From the NCBI GenBank assembly GCA_029259115.1, contig JAPDJO010000076.1, forward strand, positions 12,447-76,446: a stretch of 64,000 nt of DNA. Direction: 5' to 3'. This document shows, one piece after another, positions 52,503 through 62,015 of this stretch. Made by a program: the position numbers and the translations under genes. Source of the DNA: Thermoplasmatota archaeon. GTDB taxonomy: Archaea; Thermoplasmatota; E2; DHVEG-1; B18-G2. A model generated the notes under the pieces. That model was not told where the DNA came from. It was given only the letters and a program-made list of their open reading frames with translations, and did not search any database. Every line of letters starts with the position of its first letter. Positions within the stretch are counted from its first letter, which is position 1.

Positions 52503-52720
52503 TAGAGCAAGTAAAGAGAATAGAAAAAGATCTAAAAATGTTTGAAGAGAACTTATCGAGGTTTTCTCCATCTGATGAGAGGGAAGAAGAAATATTGAAT
52601 TTGGCTAAGAGCTATTACCAAGATACAAGGTACTACCTTGAAAAAAGAGACCTTTTCACAGCCTTTGGTTGCATAAACTATGCTCATGGATTACTGGATG
52701 CTCTCATAAAACTAAGGTAA
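52499..52720 (+). CDS. DUF357-family protein
   Basis: A.SY..D..YY....D..TAF....YAHG.LDA; TTG start overlapping the upstream stop. Confidence 0.8.
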   Translation: MIEQVKRIEKDLKMFEENLSRFSPSDEREEEILNLAKSYYQDTRYYLEKRDLFTAFGCINYAHGLLDALIKLR

Positions 52721-53492
52721 CTCTGTCTCCAATGCTTGCCCCTAATTCCCTGGATGCTGAACCTTTATTTACGCTTATCTCTAAAAAACCTATTCCACCT
52801 ATCGTTAATAATATTTCACCTTCTTTTGAGTATCCATAAGATTTCAGAAATTTAACCCTGTATTTTCTACCTTTGATGATGAGATCAATTCTCTCTCCAT
52901 ATTCGATATACCTTTTGATCAAACCTTCTTCTATATTTGTTATCAGATTTCCAAACCTGTCTATATGGAATATTTTACCATTTATTTTATCCTCACAAAC
53001 TTTACCAAACTCCAGATTAAAATCCACATAATCCTCAATCTCTCTACCTATATCAGCCAAACTAATTCCATTAGCTATGTATGCAGCTATGGGAGCGAAT
53101 ACATCTCTACCATGAAACGTGTAAGTAATTTTGTCTAGGGTGTATTTCTTACCTACAATCTCGTACACTTTGAAGTTTTCACATCTTCTTGCAGCAGGCA
53201 CAAGCAAACCATTGTCAGGTCCAACCAAGGTATAATCCTTACAATCTATAATTATTCCTCTCCTAGAAGTTCCTACCCCGGGATCAACTACTGCAACATG
53301 TATGCTACCTTTTGGAAAATACGGAATAGACGTGTATAGCAGGAATGCGCCTTGCTCGATATTCTGAGGATGTACCTCATGAGAAATATCTATTATCTTA
53401 ACATCTTTTGCTATCGAAAGAATCACTCCCTTCATCTGAGCAACATATGGATCCTTTAATCCGAAATCAGTGAGCAAAGTTATTACTTTCAC
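52704..53492 (-). CDS. SAM hydroxide adenosyltransferase / SAM-dependent halogenase family (DUF62)
   Basis: TLLTDFG, VVDPGVG, GPDNG, TFHGRDVFAP, IDRFGN. Confidence 0.92.
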   Translation of the reverse strand: MKVITLLTDFGLKDPYVAQMKGVILSIAKDVKIIDISHEVHPQNIEQGAFLLYTSIPYFPKGSIHVAVVDPGVGTSRRGIIIDCKDYTLVGPDNGLLVPAARRCENFKVYEIVGKKYTLDKITYTFHGRDVFAPIAAYIANGISLADIGREIEDYVDFNLEFGKVCEDKINGKIFHIDRFGNLITNIEEGLIKRYIEYGERIDLIIKGRKYRVKFLKSYGYSKEGEILLTIGGIGFLEISVNKGSASRELGASIGDRVTLVL

Positions 53493-53920
53493 TTTAGCAC
53501 CTCTATTTCATTAATTCTATCATTCACTATCATGTCGATTACCTTCTCTCCAGCCTTCTTGACTTCTTCACTCATCTCTCCATGCAGCTTTTTTGGCTGT
53601 ATCCCAATCAGGATGATATCTTTGGTGTATCTCTTGATATAGTCCGTAATTATAGATAGAGGTAGGGAGTGCGTACTGAAGTGATAACCTTTAATCTTAT
53701 CTGGGGGTATTATTCTTACTTCTCCAGCCGGTAAATCCATATCGACAGCATCAATAATAATAACTCTATCTGCATCTTTTGCCATATAAACAAAATTCTC
53801 TGGAACCGTCTCGCAGTTCACGACTCTAAAATCTTCAACATCAGGAAAGTTCTCAGCTATGTATGGTCCTATACCGTCATCACCATTCATCTCATTCCCT
53901 ATACACATCACAAGAATCAT
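53489..53920 (-). CDS. Hydrogenase maturation endopeptidase (HycI-like)
   Basis: IGN...GDDG.G, E..PEN, IDA, STH.LP, IGIQP. Confidence 0.88.
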   Translation of the reverse strand: MILVMCIGNEMNGDDGIGPYIAENFPDVEDFRVVNCETVPENFVYMAKDADRVIIIDAVDMDLPAGEVRIIPPDKIKGYHFSTHSLPLSIITDYIKRYTKDIILIGIQPKKLHGEMSEEVKKAGEKVIDMIVNDRINEIEVLK

Positions 53921-53960
53921 GATTTGCAAAACGGAACATTATAATAAAACTTAATCCTCT

Positions 53961-55028
53961 ATGTTAGCAGCTATGACGGAAGAGAACATAATAACAACAG
54001 CAGAAGGTGCAGGCGGAGAGCGTATGGATTCCTTGATAAAGAATTATATCCTTAAACATCTTTACACAGAAGATGACTCAGAGATCGGACTGAAAGATTT
54101 AGATGATTCTGCTGTTATAAATGATATTGTCTTCTCTACAGATTCCCATACCGTAGATCCATTGTTCTTTCCAGGCGGAGACATAGGAAAACTGGCTGTT
54201 TGTGGAACCATAAATGATATTTCTGTTTTAGGAGCAAAGCCAATAGCCCTATCATCTGCATTTATCATAGAGGAAGGATTTGGTAAGGATGATTTTGATA
54301 GGATATTGCGTAGTATGAGAGAAGTTTCTATAAAGTCCAAAGTTCCCATAGTTACTGGAGATACCAAAGTCGTTGAGAGAGGAGGCATTAAGGGGATGAT
54401 CATAAATACCAGCGGAATAGGAATAAGGACCGGAAATTTAGATAAAAACTTGGAGGAAGCGAAAAGATATAGAGAAGTGAAGTCGAGATGGTTGACAGAT
54501 TCTAATCTTGCGCCAGGCGATGCTATCATTTTATCGGGTAAAATAGCCGAGCATGGGATATCGCTTCTATCTTTCAGAGAGGGATATGGATTCGAATCTG
54601 AGATAAAGTCCGATGTTGCACCTCTTAATGGTCTAATTGATGAAATTCTTAGAGAGGGAGGGGTTGTCTCTGCCAAAGATCCGACTAGAGGTGGGTTAGC
54701 GAATGCATTGAATGAGCTTAGCGAGAAATCAAAGGTCATGATAGAGATCTGGGAGGATAAAATTCCTATATCCAATGCTGTCAGATCGGCTTGCGAGATG
54801 CTCGGTTTAGATCCTCTGGAGATAGGAAACGAGGGCAAGGTTATTGTTGGGGTTGTGAAAGAAAAAGCCGAAGATGTTTTAAATGCTATGAAAAAACATC
54901 CCCTAGGAAGAGACGCTGAAATAATAGGTGAAGTGAAAGAGGGAAAAGGAGTTTTTATGGAGACTATAGTTGGAGGAAGAAGGTATATTCCAAAGCCTAT
55001 AGGTGATCCGATTCCTAGAATCTGTTGA
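53961..55028 (+). CDS. hypE: Hydrogenase maturation carbamoyl dehydratase HypE
   Basis: TDSH.V.PLFFPGGDIGKLA, GDTKVV, DPTRGG, NEG, C-terminal PRIC. Confidence 0.95.
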   Translation: MLAAMTEENIITTAEGAGGERMDSLIKNYILKHLYTEDDSEIGLKDLDDSAVINDIVFSTDSHTVDPLFFPGGDIGKLAVCGTINDISVLGAKPIALSSAFIIEEGFGKDDFDRILRSMREVSIKSKVPIVTGDTKVVERGGIKGMIINTSGIGIRTGNLDKNLEEAKRYREVKSRWLTDSNLAPGDAIILSGKIAEHGISLLSFREGYGFESEIKSDVAPLNGLIDEILREGGVVSAKDPTRGGLANALNELSEKSKVMIEIWEDKIPISNAVRSACEMLGLDPLEIGNEGKVIVGVVKEKAEDVLNAMKKHPLGRDAEIIGEVKEGKGVFMETIVGGRRYIPKPIGDPIPRIC

Positions 55029-55656
55029 TTAAGTCAGGTAGATACTCAAGAGAACTTATCACGAAATTACCATTTCTACCACTTTTTCTGTCTAGATAAA
55101 TAGCCTTGATACCAATACTTCTCGGAGCCAGAAAATCGAATTTGTAATCGTCTCCAACATGAATAAGTTCACCTTTATCTATACCCATTTGCTCACACAC
55201 TTTTCTGTATACCTCTCCCTCTTTTTTTACCATATTAAAGTCCGAAACTGTGGAAAATACTCTTTTGAAATATCTCTTGATATCAAGCTTCTCCATCTGT
55301 ATCTCTATGAACTCTCTTCTTGCATTTGATATGATAATGAAATCGTAATTGTTTTTGAGATTCTCCAAAGTTGGGATAACATCTGGGTAGATCTCGATTG
55401 CATAAGAATAATCTTCCATGAGTTTCTTCCAACTATAGTTTATATTGAATCTATTAAACCAGTAATCAGGATCATACCATTCCAACCTCTCTTTTCCTAT
55501 CTTGTCATACTCTCTGAAGAGAAAGTTCTTGGCTTCTTCGAGATCAACATTATACTTCTCGGAATAAAGTTTTGGTAATCCCTCTAACCAGAATAAATCA
55601 GCAAATGTTGTTTTGGTTATTGTTCCATCGAAATCGAAGGAAATTACTTTTATCAT
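55015..55656 (-). CDS. HAD-superfamily hydrolase
   Basis: FDFDGT, SNA, KK, HVGD..FD. Confidence 0.88.
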   Translation of the reverse strand: MIKVISFDFDGTITKTTFADLFWLEGLPKLYSEKYNVDLEEAKNFLFREYDKIGKERLEWYDPDYWFNRFNINYSWKKLMEDYSYAIEIYPDVIPTLENLKNNYDFIIISNARREFIEIQMEKLDIKRYFKRVFSTVSDFNMVKKEGEVYRKVCEQMGIDKGELIHVGDDYKFDFLAPRSIGIKAIYLDRKSGRNGNFVISSLEYLPDLINRF

Positions 55657-55698
55657 AACCAAAAGCCATAATATCAAGTTTTATTATGGTTGCGATCT

Positions 55699-57129
55699 CT
55701 AGTCCTCATATGCCCTTCTGTTTCCTCTGTCCTTAGAGAAAAGTTTCATCACGTCTTCCCTCATCTCTTCAGGATACCCGTCTGGGAAATTGATACAACC
55801 TGTACAAACATCAAATCCTATAGCATCTATCAAAGATTCCATACTTATATAAGCCAAAGAATCAGCACCTATCTCTTTAGCTATCTCTTCCCAACCCTTT
55901 ATGCTTCCATCCTTCCTTCTAGCTATAAACTCTTTCTTACTCCTCATATCTATACCAAGGTAGCAGGGAGCAATGAGAGGTGGACAACCTATTCTAACAT
56001 GCACTTCTTTTGCTCCAGCATCTCTCACGCCTTTCACCAACCTCCTCATATTAGTTCCTCTAACTATGGAATCATCCACAATCACAACCCTCTTTCCTTC
56101 TAGGACAGCTCTTATGAATGATATACCTTCTTCGACTATCTTATCTCTTTTATCCTGAGTTTGCTGAATAAAAGACCTCTCGTACTTATCTTTCATTATC
56201 CCTTCATCTATTGGTATTCCTGATTCTCTTGAAAAACCGAGAGCATATCTCCTTCCAGATTCAGGAACCGGCACAACTATATCTGCATCAACCGGCGCTT
56301 CTTGAGCTAATCTCTTTCCAATCTCAACTCTGACATCATGTACAGACCTCCCTTTTATCCTTGAGTCAGGTTTCGCAAAATAGACAAATTCAAACATACA
56401 AGGATACTCTTTCTTTTTTATGATCTGTTTCTCATAGATATTCCCTTCGGTATCGATAACAACAACACTTCCCCCAGGAATATCTTTGATATAGTTGAAT
56501 TTAATTTTCTTGAAAACTCTAGTTTCTGAGCATATGCAATACATCCCATCCTTTTCTCCCAGAACTAGAGGTCTTATCTTGTGAGGATCGGTCATAGCAA
56601 AAAGTAAAGGATTCTCTCCAGAATCAGTAACAAAGATTGCAGAATAACTGCCTTTTATCAGGGGCATAACATTCTCGGCAGCCTCGAATATAACATCTGC
56701 ATCAATCTTTTTTCCATATAATTGGTCAGCCATTGGAAGGAGGAGCCACTGAATATCACACTCTGTTCTAGGTGTTCTTTTAGTTAATTTTCTTATTTCA
56801 GCTCCATTGTAGATATTGCCATTATGTGCAGCGGCAAGAAAAGGATTGATCACGTATTCCGGCTGAGCATTTCTTTTTAAAGATTCTATATCATCCATTC
56901 CTGCAGTCGAATATCTCGTATGACCTATACCTATATTTCCTGGAGTATCTATCTTTCTCTCTTCGTTAAAAACATCTCTAACTAACCCATAATCCTTATG
57001 CATGTGAACATTACCATCGTATGTTAATTTACCAGCAGAAGACTGACCTCTATGCTGAAGAGATATCAGAGCATGATAGATCAATCGAGATACCGGTTTA
57101 TCCCCTATAATTCCGACAACACCACACAT
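55699..57129 (-). CDS. purF: Amidophosphoribosyltransferase
   Basis: N-terminal MCG, LQHRGQ, GHTRYST, HNG, VDDSIVRG, PC..GID. Confidence 0.95.
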   Translation of the reverse strand: MCGVVGIIGDKPVSRLIYHALISLQHRGQSSAGKLTYDGNVHMHKDYGLVRDVFNEERKIDTPGNIGIGHTRYSTAGMDDIESLKRNAQPEYVINPFLAAAHNGNIYNGAEIRKLTKRTPRTECDIQWLLLPMADQLYGKKIDADVIFEAAENVMPLIKGSYSAIFVTDSGENPLLFAMTDPHKIRPLVLGEKDGMYCICSETRVFKKIKFNYIKDIPGGSVVVIDTEGNIYEKQIIKKKEYPCMFEFVYFAKPDSRIKGRSVHDVRVEIGKRLAQEAPVDADIVVPVPESGRRYALGFSRESGIPIDEGIMKDKYERSFIQQTQDKRDKIVEEGISFIRAVLEGKRVVIVDDSIVRGTNMRRLVKGVRDAGAKEVHVRIGCPPLIAPCYLGIDMRSKKEFIARRKDGSIKGWEEIAKEIGADSLAYISMESLIDAIGFDVCTGCINFPDGYPEEMREDVMKLFSKDRGNRRAYED

Positions 57130-57187
57130 AAGCAGAGAGGAGAAAGACGGTCTTCATTTTAAATCTTTTGAAAATATAGTACATGAT

Positions 57188-57832
57188 ATGCTCCCAAGAG
57201 AAATCAAAGAACTTTACGAAATGAGGAAGAGTGACATAGAGAGAAGATTAAAGGAATTTAAAGAATTGTTTGAAAATTCGAACGATGATAGGATATTTGC
57301 AGAACTCATTTTCTGTTTGCTAACTCCCCAATCAAAAGCAAAGATCTGCTGGAAGGTGGTTGAGAATCTTATGGAAAAAGATCTGCTGATTCATGGAAGC
57401 TACGAGCAGGTTTTGAGAGAACTGAAGGGTGTTAGATTTAAAAAGAATAAGGCCAAATATATAATAGAGGCTAGAAAAACTTTCACAAGGGAAAACGAAA
57501 TTCGTATAAAAAGTGTGATAAGTAGTTTTTCAGATTCTAAGAAAGCAAGAGAATGGCTTGTTAAGAATGTTAAAGGGATGGGTTACAAAGAAGCGAGTCA
57601 CTTTCTGAGAAATATAGGATTTGGTGAAGATCTTGCAATTTTAGATAGACACATTCTGAAGAATCTCAGATTACTCAGAGTAATAGAGGATATACCGAAG
57701 AAGACCTTGACGAAAAAGAGATACATGGAAATAGAGAATAAAATGAGAGAGTTTTCGAGGGATATAGGTATACCCTTATCTCATCTGGATCTTCTGTTTT
57801 GGAGTAAGGAGACGGGCGAAATATTCAAATAG
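57188..57832 (+). CDS. ogg: 8-oxoguanine DNA glycosylase/AP lyase (Ogg2-type)
   Basis: EL.FCLLT, GMGYKEASHFLRNIG, AILDRH, C-terminal GEIFK. Confidence 0.92.
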   Translation: MLPREIKELYEMRKSDIERRLKEFKELFENSNDDRIFAELIFCLLTPQSKAKICWKVVENLMEKDLLIHGSYEQVLRELKGVRFKKNKAKYIIEARKTFTRENEIRIKSVISSFSDSKKAREWLVKNVKGMGYKEASHFLRNIGFGEDLAILDRHILKNLRLLRVIEDIPKKTLTKKRYMEIENKMREFSRDIGIPLSHLDLLFWSKETGEIFK

Positions 57833-57917
57833 AATAACGTTTTTCGTAATATATATTTCAAAAATCGAACAAAAAACTTAAATATTCGTAATATATGTAG
57901 TGTATGGTGATAGAAAA

Positions 57918-58595
57918 ATGGAGGAAAATAAAATACCTCTCTTAGGAGATAAATTTCCAGAGATAGAAGTGCAAACAACACATGGAAAGATAAAACTACC
58001 AGACAAGTACAAAGGTAAATGGTTTATTCTATTCAGTCACCCCGCTGATTTTACTCCAGTATGTACAACAGAATTCGTGGCATTTCAGTTGAGATACGAA
58101 GAATTCAAAAAACTAAATACAGAACTGATCGGCCTGAGCATAGATCAAGTTTTTAGCCATATAAAATGGACGGAGTGGATCAGGGAAAATATTAAGATAA
58201 AAGGAAAACCTGTCGAAATCAGGTTTCCAATAATAGCAGATGATACCGGAAGAGTGGCAGAGAGATTGGGACTCATACATCCGGGAAAGGGTACAAATAC
58301 CGTCAGAGCTGTATTCATTGTAGATCCTAAAGGGATAATCAGGGCAATACTGTATTACCCACAAGAACTCGGAAGAAATATGGATGAAATTCTGAGAATG
58401 ATCAGAGGTTTTCAAACCTCAGACAAATATGGGGTAGCTATTCCAGCAAACTGGCCAAACAATGAGATCGTAGGAGATGATGTCATAATACCCCCAGCAA
58501 GTAGCGAGGAGGAGGCAAAAGAAAGACTAGAGGCTGCAAAGAAAGGAGAAATCAAATGTTTAGACTGGTGGCTGTGTCACAAGAAGGTGAGATAA
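57918..58595 (+). CDS. Peroxiredoxin (Prx6/archaeal type)
   Basis: [32 protein letters not shown]. Confidence 0.95.
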   Translation: MEENKIPLLGDKFPEIEVQTTHGKIKLPDKYKGKWFILFSHPADFTPVCTTEFVAFQLRYEEFKKLNTELIGLSIDQVFSHIKWTEWIRENIKIKGKPVEIRFPIIADDTGRVAERLGLIHPGKGTNTVRAVFIVDPKGIIRAILYYPQELGRNMDEILRMIRGFQTSDKYGVAIPANWPNNEIVGDDVIIPPASSEEEAKERLEAAKKGEIKCLDWWLCHKKVR

Positions 58596-59111
58596 ATGTT
58601 GAGTAAAAGAATGTTAAAAGCATTAAACAAGCAAGTAAATGCCGAGCTATATTCGGCTTATCTCTATCTTTCGATGGCAGCTTACTTTGAATCTATAAAC
58701 TTGAAAGGATTTGCGAACTGGATGAAAGTACAAGCCCAAGAAGAACTTACTCATGCGATGAAATTCTTTGATTACCTAAACGAGAGAGGAGGCAGGGTTG
58801 AACTTGATACAATAGAGAAGCCACCCACGGAGTGGAATTCGCCATTGGATGCATTCGAGACCACCTACAAGCATGAAACCAACGTAACAAGAATGATTAA
58901 TAACCTTGTTAACATGGCCATGGAGGAGAAAGATCACGCAACCTACAACATGCTGCAGTGGTTTGTGGCGGAGCAGGTGGAAGAAGAGGCAAGTGCGGAT
59001 GAGATAAGACAGCAGCTGAAACTCATAGGCAACGATGGCAGAGGAATAATGATGCTTGATAGAGAACTTAGGCAAAGAACGTTCACACCACCCCAGGAGG
59101 AGAAACAATGA
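58596..59111 (+). CDS. ftn: Ferritin
   Basis: E..SAY.Y, QA.EE..HA.K, HE, LQWFV.EQVEEE. Confidence 0.95.
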   Translation: MLSKRMLKALNKQVNAELYSAYLYLSMAAYFESINLKGFANWMKVQAQEELTHAMKFFDYLNERGGRVELDTIEKPPTEWNSPLDAFETTYKHETNVTRMINNLVNMAMEEKDHATYNMLQWFVAEQVEEEASADEIRQQLKLIGNDGRGIMMLDRELRQRTFTPPQEEKQ

Positions 59112-59395
59112 TGTCGAAAATACCCATAGAGCTAAAGAATATGGAAGGAAAAGACATAGAAAAAGAAGTGCTTAGAGTTGCTATTATAGCAGAGTTGGAT
59201 GCCATTAATTTATATGAGCAGATGGCGGCGATGGTGAAGGATGAGGGAATCAAAGCGGTGCTAAAGGATGTGGCAGATGAGGAGAAAACCCATGTGGGTG
59301 AGTTTCTTACCCTTCTCTTAAAACTTGATGAGAAGCAGGTTGAGGAGATGGAGAAGGGGAGCAAGGAAGTTGAGGAGATTTTAGGAGGTGAATGA
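59108..59395 (+). CDS. Short ferritin-like protein (encapsulated-ferritin/rubrerythrin family)
   Basis: [11 protein letters not shown]...EEKTHVGE. Confidence 0.85.
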   Translation: MMSKIPIELKNMEGKDIEKEVLRVAIIAELDAINLYEQMAAMVKDEGIKAVLKDVADEEKTHVGEFLTLLLKLDEKQVEEMEKGSKEVEEILGGE

Positions 59396-59776
59396 ATGGC
59401 GGAGAGGTATGAAGTATATAAATGTGAGATATGCGGAAATGTTGTGGAAGTGCTTCATGGCGGGAAAGGGCAATTAGTGTGCTGCGGGCAACCCATGAAA
59501 TTAATGGAAGCGAAAAAGGAAGAGCAGGGATATGAGAAGCATCTGCCAGTTATCGAAAGTAGAGATGAAAAAGTGATTGTTAAGGTCGGGAGTGTTCCTC
59601 ACCCTATGGAGAGTGAGCATTACATAGAGATGATAGAGGTTATCACGAAAGATGGAAAAGTATTTAGAAAATACCTCAATCCAGGAGAAGAACCAGAAGC
59701 AGAGTTTAATGTTTCTGAGATAAAGAAGGCAAGAGAGTACTGCACGATTCATGGTCTTTGGGTAAAAGAAGTTTAG
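59396..59776 (+). CDS. dfx: Desulfoferrodoxin (class I superoxide reductase)
   Basis: [21 protein letters not shown]...HYI, C..HGLW. Confidence 0.94.
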   Translation: MAERYEVYKCEICGNVVEVLHGGKGQLVCCGQPMKLMEAKKEEQGYEKHLPVIESRDEKVIVKVGSVPHPMESEHYIEMIEVITKDGKVFRKYLNPGEEPEAEFNVSEIKKAREYCTIHGLWVKEV

Positions 59777-59786
59777 AGGTGAGTGA

Positions 59787-60290
59787 ATGAGGAAAATGAC
59801 GGAAAAATCTTTAAATGAGGCGTTTGCCGGCGAGAGCATGGCACATATGAAGTATCTGATATTCAGTGAAGTTGCAGAAAAGGAAGGTTATTCAAATGTT
59901 GCCAGATTATTCAAAGCTATAGCATACTCTGAGTTTGTACATGCAAAAAATCATGCTAGAAATCTGGCTATGATAAAAGAAACAACAGATAATCTGCAAT
60001 CAGCTATAGATGGAGAAACCTTCGAGGTTGAGGAAATGTATCCCGCATATGATGCTATAGCAGAACTTCAAGACGAGAAGAATGCACAGACAGGGATAAA
60101 ATATGCTCTTGAAGCTGAAAAAATCCATGCAGGATTGTATCAAGAAGCAAAGCAGGCTGTACAGTCTGGGAAAGATATTGATATAGGCGAAATATACATA
60201 TGTCCAATATGTGGTTACACGCACGTTGGAGATGCACCAGATAGATGTCCAATATGTGGTGCATCTGGTAGAGAATTTAAAAAATTCTGA
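59787..60290 (+). CDS. rbr: Rubrerythrin
   Basis: AFAGES.A..KY, E..HA, GE..E..EMY, C-terminal CPICG...CPICG. Confidence 0.94.
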   Translation: MRKMTEKSLNEAFAGESMAHMKYLIFSEVAEKEGYSNVARLFKAIAYSEFVHAKNHARNLAMIKETTDNLQSAIDGETFEVEEMYPAYDAIAELQDEKNAQTGIKYALEAEKIHAGLYQEAKQAVQSGKDIDIGEIYICPICGYTHVGDAPDRCPICGASGREFKKF

Positions 60291-60299
60291 GGTGATTGT

Positions 60300-60476
60300 A
60301 TGAATAAGGAGGAAATGGTTTTGAATGCTTTTAAGAAGGCTGGTAAACCTTTGAGACCTGGAGATGTAGCAAAGATGACAGGTTTGGATAGTAAGGAAGT
60401 GAGCAAGATAATAAAGAAGTTAAAGGATGAAGGAAAACTCATTGTTCCGAAGAGGTGCTACTACTCTTTACCCTAA
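60300..60476 (+). CDS. Small winged-helix protein (58 aa) closing the oxidative-stress operon; not in the ORF track
   Basis: GAGGTGA RBS; MNKEEMVLNAFKKAGKPLRPGDVAKMTGLDSKEVSKIIKKLKDEGKLIVPKRCYYSLP*. Confidence 0.85.
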   Translation: MNKEEMVLNAFKKAGKPLRPGDVAKMTGLDSKEVSKIIKKLKDEGKLIVPKRCYYSLP

Positions 60477-60632
60477 TTCTCATCTTTTCATTATTTTTGG
60501 TGAGGTTTGAAGGAGATACAAACATTTATGTCCCTCATAAGATGTGCATAGTGAACACAAATCAAAACCAGAGAAATACGAGATGGTAATTGGTGGATAC
60601 TCCATCTACAATCAAAACAATCTTTGCCATTT

Positions 60633-62015
60633 TTAGTTTCCTACCATCAAGGATCTTGCCATCTTTATGACTCTTGGAATCGCTCTCATGAGAATGAAAC
60701 CCTTTCTTGAGATCAAATCCTTAATCAGATAGAGTGGGCGCAGGTAAAAAGATATATATGCCTTCTGAAACAGCTTCGTTATCTGCTGAGCTGTAAAGTT
60801 TTTGAGTTTCATCACGGGATCTAAGGTTGTATATTTTCTCCAATCAAAGGTCAATATGAGCTTTCTTGCCAATGCATATTTCCACAATCTCGTTCCAGGA
60901 TATGGTGTAGCTATTGTGAACTGAGCAAAATCTACGCCTACCTTCTTTGACAATTTTATCGTTTTTTCTATATCCTCTTTTGTTTCCTCTGGAAATCCGA
61001 TAATGAATGCTCCAAGGGCACGAATCTTATGCTTTTTAGCTTTCTTAATTGCAGAAATCGATTGCTCTGGAGTTATTCCTTTACCTATGAAATCTAGAGT
61101 TTTCTGAGAGCCTGATTCTATCCCAAAATAAATTGTATGGCATCCGCCTTTCTTCATTGCCTGCGCAAGTTCATCTGTGAATATATCAACTCTGGAGGAG
61201 GCTGACCAGGAGATGTCAAGACCTTCCTCTCTTATTCTCTTTGCGATTCTCATGGCTCTTTTCCTATTTAACGTAAAAGTATCATCCAGAAACTCTATTT
61301 CCCTAATCCCGTATTTCTCGTGAAGATATTTCAATTCCTCAATTACCCTGTAATCGCTGTGTCCACGCCACTCCCTGCCAAATTGAAGAGAAGAGGAGCA
61401 AAATGCACAGTTGAATGGGCAACCTCTGCTTGTCATTACAGTTCCAAATCTAACGCCATTAACCTGATACTTTTCCATAGGAAGCAAATCATAAGAGGGC
61501 ATTGGGATTGTATCAACATCTTTTATGAGAGGACGAGAAGGATTATTCTTCACTTTATCCCCCAAGTTTATGCTTAGTCCTAAAATATTTGAAGGATCCT
61601 TGTTCTTCTCTAAGGTATTGATAAGCTCTTTAAATGTCATCTCTCCTTCTCCTCTCACTATGAAATCTATGTAAGGGCATTCTTTGAATGTTCTTTCTGG
61701 CAAAAAAGTTACATGGGGGCCACCCATTACTATTTTCACGTTCTCGTTGTACATCTTTGCCACTTCTGCAATTGCATAGGCATCTGGAATCATCGAAGTT
61801 GTTGATGTGATGCCAATAACATCGGGGTCATACCTCTTTATCACCTTTTCAACATCATTATAAGTAAAATTCTCAGTAAGGGAGTCAACTATTCTAACTT
61901 CATGCTCCTCTCTGATCATTGAGGCAAGATAAGCTAATCCAAGGGGTGGACCAGTTGCTCCAACTACGGATTTTACAGCACTTATGGTCGGAGGAGATAT
62001 TAAGAGGACTTTCAT
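60633..62015 (-). CDS. B12-binding (class B) radical SAM protein; candidate tetraether-lipid methylase
   Basis: PPLGLAYLA, GGPHVT, GEGE, TSRGCPFNCAFC, GIESGS, GFPEET, TPYPGT. Confidence 0.85.
   Translation of the reverse strand: MKVLLISPPTISAVKSVVGATGPPLGLAYLASMIREEHEVRIVDSLTENFTYNDVEKVIKRYDPDVIGITSTTSMIPDAYAIAEVAKMYNENVKIVMGGPHVTFLPERTFKECPYIDFIVRGEGEMTFKELINTLEKNKDPSNILGLSINLGDKVKNNPSRPLIKDVDTIPMPSYDLLPMEKYQVNGVRFGTVMTSRGCPFNCAFCSSSLQFGREWRGHSDYRVIEELKYLHEKYGIREIEFLDDTFTLNRKRAMRIAKRIREEGLDISWSASSRVDIFTDELAQAMKKGGCHTIYFGIESGSQKTLDFIGKGITPEQSISAIKKAKKHKIRALGAFIIGFPEETKEDIEKTIKLSKKVGVDFAQFTIATPYPGTRLWKYALARKLILTFDWRKYTTLDPVMKLKNFTAQQITKLFQKAYISFYLRPLYLIKDLISRKGFILMRAIPRVIKMARSLMVGN

Noticed and set aside
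54062-54838. 258-aa antisense ORF within hypE (and many shorter antisense ORFs)
   Set aside because: Shadow frames of well-supported genes, Ser/Ile/Phe-rich and without motifs.
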